From an uncultured Candidatus Saccharibacteria bacterium (GTDB lineage: Bacteria > Patescibacteriota > Minisyncoccia > Minisyncoccales > PEYH01), in NCBI GenBank assembly GCA_964616145.1, contig CAZTRD010000002.1, forward strand, positions 4,553 to 68,552: a DNA stretch of 64,000 nucleotides. The letters run 5' to 3'. This document shows positions 1 to 7,684 of the stretch, in pieces. The notes under the pieces were generated by a model. That model was not told where the DNA came from. It searched no databases and saw nothing but the letters and a program-made list of their open reading frames with translations. Position 1 is the stretch's first letter. Every line of letters begins with the position of its first letter. The position numbers and the translations under genes are program-made.

Positions 1-141
1 TGTTTTTTCAAATTCCTTTTGGTTTAATGACAAGGTTTGGTTTTTCGTCTTGGGACCGTATAAAACAGCAGGTAATGAATCTGATTTTTTATCTTCTCTG
101 GCTTTTGCTTGCAAAGTTAAAATCTCCTGTTTATTTGTCAT
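1..141 (-). CDS. rplY: 50S ribosomal protein L25 / Ctc, N-terminal part; the gene runs off the window start
   Basis: Minus-strand translation from the ATG at 141 gives MTNKQEILTLQAKAREDKKSDSLPAVLYGPKTKNQTLSLNQKEFEKT, which matches the L25 N-terminal signature (..PAVLYG...KEFEK). Confidence 0.5.
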   Translation of the reverse strand, partial: MTNKQEILTLQAKAREDKKSDSLPAVLYGPKTKNQTLSLNQKEFEKT

Positions 142-268
142 ATGATTGGCTTGCTGTTGCTGACATGGTGTTAATTATTTCTTCCTGGGTTGGCTTCTGA
201 GCCGTAAAAACAAGCAATAACAGGATGATAAAGACCACTATTGTGATAAAATCTATTAATTTTGCCAT
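131..268 (-). CDS. small hypothetical membrane protein, 45 aa (MAKLIDFITIVVFIILLLLVFTAQKPTQEE...). Its 3' end overlaps the rplY start in another frame.
   Basis: ATG at 268 with a hydrophobic core. It falls below the ORF-track cutoff; I translated it by hand. Confidence 0.2.
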   Translation of the reverse strand: MAKLIDFITIVVFIILLLLVFTAQKPTQEEIINTMSATASQSYDK

Positions 269-362
269 AGTAAGTTGAATTATAGCAGAAAACGCAAAGG
301 AAATCAAGGGTTAACACAAAGAGCATCGTTAAGATGCTCCTTGATAGATTCTTAAAAAATAG

Positions 363-452
363 TTATTTCTTTTTCTTGAAAACAAAGAATATCGCAGCCA
401 CAGCTATTATGGCTAATACGATGAAGATAATCGCTGTAATAGTTGAATCCAT
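363..452 (-). CDS. 29-aa single-TM peptide MDSTITAIIFIVLAIIAVAAIFFVFKKKK
   Basis: ATG at 452 and a 30-codon ORF. It is followed on the minus strand by the hairpin GAGCATC-gttaa-GATGCTC (about 318-340) and a T-rich tail. Confidence 0.25.
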   Translation of the reverse strand: MDSTITAIIFIVLAIIAVAAIFFVFKKKK

Positions 453-541
453 TTTTTTGAATATTTAATGATTTAAGACGACCTTTCCAGATAAATTATC
501 ATATATTAATGATACTACAGTATTTCAAATGGTCAATCCAG

Positions 542-1876
542 TTATTCACCTTTAACCATCTGATCTGCTAAAAGATATATATCCCCTGCCCCCATAAAGA
601 CAATTATATCTCCGCTAAAGCTTTCTAAAATATATCTTTTGATATCTTTGAGATTGAAAAACGATATTGTTTTCTCTCCTCTGCTATCCAGCGTTTCTGA
701 AAGCTTTTTGGAAGAAACTTTTGCTTTTAATAGTTTGCTTTCCCTGCCAGCCACTTCATATATCGGAGCTAAAATCAAATTATCCAAATCCAATTTGGAT
801 AATACTCTCACAAAATCATTAAAGAGATAGTAAGTTCTCTGATATTGGTGGGGCTGGAATATTAACCATATCTTTTTCCCAGCATATTTTTCTTTAATGG
901 CGCTGACAGTCAAATCCACTTCTGTTGGATGATGGCCATAATCAGAGATTACAGTCACTTTTCTGTTTTTGAAGTTAATGACATGGGCTTCCATTCTTCT
1001 CCAGGCACCTGTATATGAAGATAGCGCCCGCAAGGTAACAGAATCCTTAATCTTTAAAGCTCTGGCGCAGGATAGAACAGCCAAGGCATTCGAAACATTA
1101 TGCACTCCGGGTATTTTTAATTTCTTTTTTAAGATTGGATTTTCTTTTTGCTTTAAAGAATAGTAAATTACCTTACCAATTCTTTCTTGTTTTTTGGCAA
1201 TTTCTAAAACATTTTCATTATCTTTATTAGCAATAAAAATTCCGTCTTTTTTTAAAAAAGAAATAAATTTAGAAAATGTTTTTAAGATATTTGATAGATT
1301 TTTGTAATAATCAAGATGTTCTGGCTCAATATTGGTTGTGATGATAATTTTGGGACGATAATTCAAAAAAGAAGCCTTGAATTCATCTGCTTCTATCAAA
1401 AGAATATCTTTGCCCATCCTGAAATTAGTATTACCAAACTCCCTTAATTTTGTTCCGATAATTACAGTGGGGTCCAACCCTGCTTTGATTAGAACATTAG
1501 CTAACATTGCCGTAGTCGTGCTTTTTCCATGAGCTCCGCTCACTGCGATGGTAAAATGTGATTTAGTAAGCTCTCCTAATGCTTTAGGATAGCTCATTGT
1601 TTTAATCTTTAATCTCTTTGCCTCTCTTAACTCCGGGTTGCTGTCTTCTATGGCTGGAGTGAAAATAACTAAAGAAATATCTTTTGATATGTTTTCTTTT
1701 TTCTGGCCGATAAAGATTTTAACTCCCTTTTTCTTTAAGAATTCGGTTATCTCAGAAAAAGAAACATCAGAGCCAGAAATATTAAATTCTTTAGCCAGAT
1801 AGTATTGAGCCAAAGAAGATGTCCCTATCCCTCCTATTCCGATAAAATGTACCCTATTCTTCATTTGATAGCTCAA
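542..1876 (-). CDS. murC: UDP-N-acetylmuramate--L-alanine ligase
   Basis: N-terminal HFIGIGGIGTS motif (MurC nucleotide-binding signature) and GKSTTTAM Mur-ligase Walker motif; 444 aa. Confidence 0.85.
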   Translation of the reverse strand: MSYQMKNRVHFIGIGGIGTSSLAQYYLAKEFNISGSDVSFSEITEFLKKKGVKIFIGQKKENISKDISLVIFTPAIEDSNPELREAKRLKIKTMSYPKALGELTKSHFTIAVSGAHGKSTTTAMLANVLIKAGLDPTVIIGTKLREFGNTNFRMGKDILLIEADEFKASFLNYRPKIIITTNIEPEHLDYYKNLSNILKTFSKFISFLKKDGIFIANKDNENVLEIAKKQERIGKVIYYSLKQKENPILKKKLKIPGVHNVSNALAVLSCARALKIKDSVTLRALSSYTGAWRRMEAHVINFKNRKVTVISDYGHHPTEVDLTVSAIKEKYAGKKIWLIFQPHQYQRTYYLFNDFVRVLSKLDLDNLILAPIYEVAGRESKLLKAKVSSKKLSETLDSRGEKTISFFNLKDIKRYILESFSGDIIVFMGAGDIYLLADQMVKGE

Positions 1877-2426
1877 AGGAATCCAGAATAGTATATTCTG
1901 GACCTCCTCTCTTTAATTCGCTTTCCATGATCTCTATTGTATTTACCTCAAACCTGATATTTAACATTTCATCAATTGTAGGCATTTCTTCCAATTTCTG
2001 AAATTCCCATTGCTTTATCCTGGCTAATGTAACATGAAAGAAAAATGGTTTGTTTTCTTTTTCCTTGTATTGAAAGGAATCCAGATTGAAGATTTTCTGT
2101 TCTAATTCTTTTTGCAGAGAAAAAAGATTGCTATCCCCTTCTCCTTCAATCCAAACCATTCTTGGAATACCTTTTTGGTTTTCACTAAAACAAGCTTTCT
2201 TCAAGTTAACAACAAAAGATTTTTGCTTTTCGCAAACTTCCTGAATAGTTTTAATTGTCTGGCTTAATTGATTATCATCAAGGTTTCCCAAAAACAGCAA
2301 AGTGATATGCAAATTATCCGGTTTTACCCATTTTGCCGGGATTTCCTGATATTTATCCTTGAATGTCAAAAGCTTTCTTTTAACATTTTCCGGGAGGTTA
2401 ATAGATAAAAATATCCTGTGAAGCAT
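1854..2426 (-). CDS. thpR: RNA 2',3'-cyclic phosphodiesterase (2H phosphoesterase, ThpR/LigT family)
   Basis: Two H-x-T-x motifs (LHITLLFLG and FHVTLARI) at the spacing typical of the 2H family; 190 aa. Overlaps murC by 23 nt. Confidence 0.65.
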   Translation of the reverse strand: MLHRIFLSINLPENVKRKLLTFKDKYQEIPAKWVKPDNLHITLLFLGNLDDNQLSQTIKTIQEVCEKQKSFVVNLKKACFSENQKGIPRMVWIEGEGDSNLFSLQKELEQKIFNLDSFQYKEKENKPFFFHVTLARIKQWEFQKLEEMPTIDEMLNIRFEVNTIEIMESELKRGGPEYTILDSFELSNEE

Positions 2427-2520
2427 ATATTTAACTTAACACAAATGGATAAAAAGAGAAGACCGAGCCACAATTCCGACATGTCTTTTTATCACTCCAA
2501 ATTTGTAGTAGAATAAAACA

Positions 2521-3537
2521 ATGCAAGAAGCATTGCTTTGGGAGAAAAAAGAATCAAGGAAGGTTAAATGCCTTAATTGTTCTCATTATTGCGTAATCAA
2601 CGAAGGCAATCTTGGAATTTGCAATGTAAGGCAGAATATCAAAGGCAAACTATACTCTTTAAACCATGGTTTGATCTGCGCTATTGGGATTGATCCAATA
2701 GAAAAGAAACCATTATTCCATTTTCTTCCGGGAACCAATACTTTTTCTTTTGCCGCTCCTGGGTGCAATTTTGCTTGCGCCAATTGCCAGAATTGGCAGA
2801 TATCTCAAGGGCCAAAAATATTAAAGAAGGTTAATGGAGAAACTATCTTGTCAAAAGAAATTGTAAACAAAGCAAAAGAGTCCAATTGTCCTTCTATCTC
2901 ATATACCTATACAGAACCGACAATCTTTTCTGAATACGCAATTGAAACAATGAAAATTGCAAAAAAAGCAGGTTTAAAAAACATCTGGATCAGCAATGGA
3001 TATTTTTCCAAAGAATTGTTAAAAGAGATAATTCCCCTGCTTGATGCGGTAAATATTGATTTAAAATCTTTTGATGAGAATTTCTATCAAAAGAACTGTT
3101 CTGCCAAGCTTTGGCCGATTATAGACAATTTAAGAACTTTAAAAAAGAAAGGTGTTTGGGTAGAAGTCACGACTCTTTTAATTCCTGGGGTGAATGATAA
3201 AAAGACGGAATTGAGGGAAATCGCCAAATACATCAGAGAAGAATTAGGATCAAATGTTCCATGGCATATTACCAGATTTTTCGGCCAGTATTCATGGAAG
3301 ATGAAGAATATACCTGATACAACCTTAGAAAAACTGGTTGAAGCCAGAAATATCGGTTTGGAAGAAGGATTATACTATGTATATCTTGGCAATGTTCCGG
3401 GAATTGATTCGGAAGATACATATTGCCCTCATTGCAAGGAAAAACTAATAGACAGAAACGGATATGATATTCAGCGCTATGATTTATCTGGAAAATGTTC
3501 GAATTGTTTGTATAAACTAGATGGATTAATTCAATAA
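2521..3537 (+). CDS. amrS: AmmeMemoRadiSam system radical SAM enzyme
   Basis: CNFACANCQNW CxxxCxxC radical-SAM cluster motif, an N-terminal Cys-rich region, and the S-B-A gene triad context. Confidence 0.75.
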   Translation: MQEALLWEKKESRKVKCLNCSHYCVINEGNLGICNVRQNIKGKLYSLNHGLICAIGIDPIEKKPLFHFLPGTNTFSFAAPGCNFACANCQNWQISQGPKILKKVNGETILSKEIVNKAKESNCPSISYTYTEPTIFSEYAIETMKIAKKAGLKNIWISNGYFSKELLKEIIPLLDAVNIDLKSFDENFYQKNCSAKLWPIIDNLRTLKKKGVWVEVTTLLIPGVNDKKTELREIAKYIREELGSNVPWHITRFFGQYSWKMKNIPDTTLEKLVEARNIGLEEGLYYVYLGNVPGIDSEDTYCPHCKEKLIDRNGYDIQRYDLSGKCSNCLYKLDGLIQ

Positions 3538-3539
3538 AC

Positions 3540-4373
3540 ATGTCTTTAGTATTTGCGGCATTTTGTCCTCATCCCCCTATAATAATTCCAACTATAGGGA
3601 GCAAAGAAGATTTAAGACAAATCAATAAAACGACTTTGGCTTTTAAATCCTTAACTCAGAAATTAAAGGATTCAAAAGCTGAAACTTTAATCGTTATCTC
3701 TCCTCATGGAAATATCTTTTCCAATGTTTTTTGCATAAACACTTCCAAGGAATTCTTTGGGGATTTTTCACTATTTGACGACTTTTCTTCTCAATTTTAC
3801 TTTAATAATGATTTGGAATTAAACAATCAGATTATTGCAGATTGTTTGGATAAAAAAATACCATTGAAGAAAATAGAAGAGAAATCTCTTGATCATGGGT
3901 CTTTGGTTCCTCTCTTTTTCTTGAGCCAGAAGAATAAATTCAAAATCATTCCTCTTGGTTATTCGTTTTTAAGCATTAAATCCCATTTCAATTTCGGCAA
4001 ATCAATCCAAAAAACAATAACAGAAGAGAGATTCAAAAAAACTCTAATCGGAAAAAGAATCTTAGACAAAAAAGTGGCGGTTCTAGCCAGCGGAGATATG
4101 TCCCATAGGTTAAATCAGTCCGCTCCGGCTGGCTATTCTCCTTTTGGCAGGATTTTTGACGAAGCAGTGATCAGCTCCCTATTAAGCAACAATGCGTCCA
4201 AAATACTTGATATAGATCCCAATCTTTCTGAAAAAGCTGGTGAATGCGGATTCAGATCATTGGCAATCCTTTTGGGAATCTTAGATGGATTAAAAGCAAA
4301 ACCAGAAGTATTATCATATGAAAATCCATTTGGCGTAGGATATTTGACTGTTAATTTTTCCTTAAAAAAATGA
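3540..4373 (+). CDS. amrB: AmmeMemoRadiSam system protein B (Memo / LigB-like extradiol dioxygenase fold)
   Basis: Sits between the radical SAM and AMMECR1 genes with 3-4 nt gaps or overlaps. Carries CPHPP...ISPHG motifs typical of the Memo/LigB fold. Confidence 0.5.
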   Translation: MSLVFAAFCPHPPIIIPTIGSKEDLRQINKTTLAFKSLTQKLKDSKAETLIVISPHGNIFSNVFCINTSKEFFGDFSLFDDFSSQFYFNNDLELNNQIIADCLDKKIPLKKIEEKSLDHGSLVPLFFLSQKNKFKIIPLGYSFLSIKSHFNFGKSIQKTITEERFKKTLIGKRILDKKVAVLASGDMSHRLNQSAPAGYSPFGRIFDEAVISSLLSNNASKILDIDPNLSEKAGECGFRSLAILLGILDGLKAKPEVLSYENPFGVGYLTVNFSLKK

Positions 4374-4882
4374 ACCTATACTGTCAATTAGCCAAAAATA
4401 CTGTTTTCTCCTTTATCAAGGATGATAAGAGGATAAAAACGGATAATAATTTGCCGAAAGATTTCAATAGAAGAGCAGGTGTATTTGTCAGTATATTCAA
4501 TAAAAATGATTTAAGGGGATGCGTAGGAACATTCTTGCCAACGCAAAAGAATATAGCAGAGGAGATAGTCTCAAGCGCAATAAGCGCATGCCAAGATACG
4601 AGATTTTTGCCTCTTCAAGAAAAGGAGCTTCCTTTTCTGTCTTTTGAGGTATATATTTTAGATAAGCCGGAACCGGTTAAAGATATCAAGGAATTAAATC
4701 CTAAAAAGTACGGCATTTTAATCCGGTCATTTAACAAATCAGGCCTGCTATTACCGGATCTGGAAGGAATAGATAATACAAATCAGCAGATAGACATAGC
4801 AGCAAGGAAGGCAGGAATAGATTTAAATGAAGAAGAAATTACAATATATAAGTTCCTAGCTAAAAAATATGTATCTGATTGA
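4370..4882 (+). CDS. amrA: AmmeMemoRadiSam system protein A (AMMECR1 domain)
   Basis: LRGCVG motif (AMMECR1 signature LRGCIG); 170 aa; start overlaps amrB by 4 nt. Confidence 0.75.
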   Translation: MNLYCQLAKNTVFSFIKDDKRIKTDNNLPKDFNRRAGVFVSIFNKNDLRGCVGTFLPTQKNIAEEIVSSAISACQDTRFLPLQEKELPFLSFEVYILDKPEPVKDIKELNPKKYGILIRSFNKSGLLLPDLEGIDNTNQQIDIAARKAGIDLNEEEITIYKFLAKKYVSD

Positions 4883-6755
4883 TGTAATCCCTTTAATTAA
4901 AATACCGTATCCGGGAGCTCAAACCTTTCAATACTTCTCAAGCAAAGAATTAAAGAAAGGTTCTTTAATCTCTATTCCTGTTGGAAAAGCAAAGGCTCAA
5001 GGAATTGTTTTCAATTGTTCTAATCTTCTGCAGAAGAAAATGGAAATCAAGAAATCAAATATCGCCCTAAGATCAATAAAGGAAATTATTTCTTCAGAGC
5101 CGATAGTAAATGAAGGCCAGATACAATTGTCCCAATTTGTTTCTGATAAATATCTGGAGCCATTAGGAATTTCTTTAAAGTCATTCATTCCTCCGAGCAT
5201 TTTAAAAAGGAAAAAATTTCCTTTAAATATTTTCCCAAAAGAAAATATAAAGAACAAAAAAAGATCCATGCCTATCCTTCTTTTAAAGGAGAATAGAATA
5301 AAAGAATATTCAAAAGCTATCAAAGAAACATTAGAAAAGAATCAAACTGTTCTTCTCCTCTGCCCGGAAATATTAAAAGCTGCTGTTTTTCTTAAGGACT
5401 TAAAAAAGATTTCTGCAAAAACAGCATTCTATCATGCTGAATTGAAAAATTCTCAAAAATTAAAGATCTGGCAGGATATCTGCCAGAATAATACAGATAT
5501 TGTTTTGGGAACAAGATCCAGTATCGGCCTCCCCTTCTCCAACCTTGGCCTTATCATAGTAGATGAGGAAGAAAGTGCTAGTTTTAAGTCCTGGGATCAG
5601 CATCCCAAATTAAATGCCAAAACCGCAGCAATCAAATTAGCAGAAATTCATGGAGTTAAAATCATTCTTGGAACGAACTTTTTAACAATAAATTCATACT
5701 ATCGCATTAAAAACAATGGGTTTGAATTCATAAATGATTTTAAGAAAGATAATTCCAAAATAGATATTATAGATATGCAAAAAGAAAGAAAATGGGGAAA
5801 TTTTTCTTTACTTTCTGAAAAATTAAAAAAAGATATTAAAAAGAATATTGAAGAGAAAAAACAAATTCTTCTTTTTGTTAATAGAAAGGGACTAGCAACC
5901 TCAATAATCTGCAAAAACTGCGGATATGTAGAAAAATGCCCTCATTGCGATTCTCCAATGGTATATCACAAGCAAAAAGATAAAGGAATATTGATATGCC
6001 ATTATTGCTTGTATTCCAAGAATCCTCCTGCATATTGCCCAAGTTGCAAAAGCACTAATATTAAATACATAGGAGCAGGAATAGATAAAGTTTTTCAAGA
6101 AATCAGTAATTTTCTTAAATTCAATCTTTTGGACGCAAAAGTAGCGATTTTACACAAAGAATTACTGGAAGATAAGCAAAAAAGAATAATTGATGGTTTT
6201 AAGAAGAAAAAAATAGATATTCTTTTGACTACGCAAATTGCTTTTAAATATCAGAATCTAAAAACTGATCTCTGCGCTGCTGTTCTTCCTGATTTCTTGC
6301 TTAATATTCCTGATTTCTCTGCCAATGAAAAGGCATTCAGAATATTTAATATTTTAAAGAATATCTCCAGAAAAACAATTATCCAAACCTACAAGCCGGA
6401 TTTAAGCATTTTCAAATATTTAAAAGATGATGATTTTGAGGGATTTATCAAGGAAGAATTGGAACTAAGAAAAATGTTTTCCTATCCTCCGTTCTCAGAA
6501 ATCATTAAATTAACATTAAGTAATAAATCATATAAGGTCTGCCTATTCAGAGCCAAAGAATTGGAAAAGAAATTATTAAATATATTTTCTCAAAAAGAAA
6601 TATTAGGCCCCTCCCCTGCTTTTATCTCTAAGATAAAGGGGCGATATATTTTCAATATTATTATCAAATCTGACAACCAAGAGAAGAAAAATAGATTAAA
6701 AGAGATTGTCTCTAACTTCTGGGAGATAGAAGTTGATCCAGAGAATATAATTTAG
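4869..6755 (+). CDS. priA: primosomal protein N' (PriA)-like protein with degenerate ATPase motifs
   Basis: Colinear with PriA: VLLLCPEI (ALVLVPEI), VLGTRSS, IIVDEEES (DEEH box) and the C-terminal Cys4 zinc fingers CPHCDSP...CHYC...CPSCKS. The Walker A GSGKT is absent (ENRIKEY in its place). Confidence 0.7.
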   Translation: MYLIDVIPLIKIPYPGAQTFQYFSSKELKKGSLISIPVGKAKAQGIVFNCSNLLQKKMEIKKSNIALRSIKEIISSEPIVNEGQIQLSQFVSDKYLEPLGISLKSFIPPSILKRKKFPLNIFPKENIKNKKRSMPILLLKENRIKEYSKAIKETLEKNQTVLLLCPEILKAAVFLKDLKKISAKTAFYHAELKNSQKLKIWQDICQNNTDIVLGTRSSIGLPFSNLGLIIVDEEESASFKSWDQHPKLNAKTAAIKLAEIHGVKIILGTNFLTINSYYRIKNNGFEFINDFKKDNSKIDIIDMQKERKWGNFSLLSEKLKKDIKKNIEEKKQILLFVNRKGLATSIICKNCGYVEKCPHCDSPMVYHKQKDKGILICHYCLYSKNPPAYCPSCKSTNIKYIGAGIDKVFQEISNFLKFNLLDAKVAILHKELLEDKQKRIIDGFKKKKIDILLTTQIAFKYQNLKTDLCAAVLPDFLLNIPDFSANEKAFRIFNILKNISRKTIIQTYKPDLSIFKYLKDDDFEGFIKEELELRKMFSYPPFSEIIKLTLSNKSYKVCLFRAKELEKKLLNIFSQKEILGPSPAFISKIKGRYIFNIIIKSDNQEKKNRLKEIVSNFWEIEVDPENII

Positions 6756-6761
6756 GGTAGT

Positions 6762-6798
6762 AGGTGGTTCCCACGGCTATATTCCGTGGGAACCACCT
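6762..6798. repeat. perfect 15-bp inverted repeat AGGTGGTTCCCACGG-ctatatt-CCGTGGGAACCACCT, 7 nt after the priA stop
   Basis: Read directly from the sequence. It forms the left edge of the high-GC island and overlaps the stop codon of the minus-strand 37-aa peptide. Confidence 0.8.
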
Positions 6799-6890
6799 CT
6801 CATTATCACCAGGGCCAAGATGCCCAAGAAAGCGAGGACGAATGCGCTAAACGAGATGATAATCCCCCACACCCTCCTTGTTTTCTTCAT
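6777..6890 (-). CDS. 37-aa single-TM peptide MKKTRRVWGIIISFSAFVLAFLGILALVIMRGGSHGI (high-GC island A)
   Basis: ATG at 6890 preceded by GGGAGGG, then a basic N-terminus and a 22-residue hydrophobic helix. The stop lies inside the palindrome. Not in the ORF track (<60 aa). Confidence 0.35.
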   Translation of the reverse strand: MKKTRRVWGIIISFSAFVLAFLGILALVIMRGGSHGI

Positions 6891-7074
6891 CTGCCCTCCC
6901 GTGATGGAAAGAATGAGGCCAATTCCTCATTCGAGCTATCTTTATTCTATCATCTTGAAAGGATTCTGCAAATTGAAGGACGCTCTTGATATTGACCAAG
7001 GGGAAATAATGTAATAATAAGAATGTAGCTCCTTGCGAGTTCACAACTATGCAAGGAAAGGGAGATGAGAAGTA

Positions 7075-7614
7075 ATGAAAAGAACTCGAGTGGCCATGGT
7101 TACTGTACCCCTTTTCGGAAGCTCTGGGGTTATCGAGGGAGAAGACGGAACAAGGTGGCCGTATATAGAGCTGGGGGAGCATACTTGCGTTCTCCCGATC
7201 TGTGCAACGGCTGGGTCAGTTCGTATTGGTCTCATTAGAGAGCTGAAGCCGATTCTTGAAGAGGTGCGAACCAAAGTGCCAAGCGACTTCAGAAGAGGTG
7301 AGCCGGACAACGAAGTAGTGGCCAGGGAAATCCTTGTCCGCAAGACAGGAATTGAACAGGGCGATATTCTCCATATTGTCCCGTTCAACTTCCAGACTCC
7401 CGGCTGGCCTCCGAACGTTGTCTTCGACAAATCGAAAAGGTGGCTGGCCTGGACTCGTAGTCAATGCGGGAGGAAAGTCAGCTGGTTTGATCTAGGAGAA
7501 ATCCAGGCCATGCTGACGGCTAGCGACACACCCATCAAGGATGCCCCGACGTGGCATCTGCTTGCCTGGATCGTCATGCAATACGACCAGGGGAGTCTTC
7601 CAGGTGAGCCGTGA
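7075..7614 (+). CDS. hypothetical 179-aa protein in a high-GC island; weak Nudix-box-like segment GEPDNEVVAREILVRKTGI
   Basis: Codon usage is high-GC, unlike the flanks. An AAAGGGAG SD-like element lies upstream. An intrinsic terminator follows immediately. The antisense and overlapping ORFs in this island are GC artefacts. Confidence 0.45.
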   Translation: MKRTRVAMVTVPLFGSSGVIEGEDGTRWPYIELGEHTCVLPICATAGSVRIGLIRELKPILEEVRTKVPSDFRRGEPDNEVVAREILVRKTGIEQGDILHIVPFNFQTPGWPPNVVFDKSKRWLAWTRSQCGRKVSWFDLGEIQAMLTASDTPIKDAPTWHLLAWIVMQYDQGSLPGEP

Positions 7615-7626
7615 ACTCAAACGAAG

Positions 7627-7667
7627 ACGGACCGCCCCAATTTCTAGGGTGGTCCGTTTCTTTTTTT
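7627..7667 (+). terminator. rho-independent terminator (ACGGACCGCCC...GGGTGGTCCGT followed by TTTCTTTTTTT)
   Basis: 11-bp GC-rich stem with one G-U pair and a 10-nt T tract, 13 nt after the stop of the 179-aa gene. Confidence 0.65.
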
Positions 7668-7684
7668 ATATCTCAATTTCGCTA

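Noticed and set aside
6786-7464. ORF-track entries 6786-6989(+), 6820-7014(+), 6847-7182(-), 7047-7430(-) and 7216-7464(-)
   Set aside because: They overlap or run antisense within a high-GC island where stop codons are rare. None has an SD or a sensible start. The 37-aa SD-driven peptide and the 7075-7614 gene are preferred.
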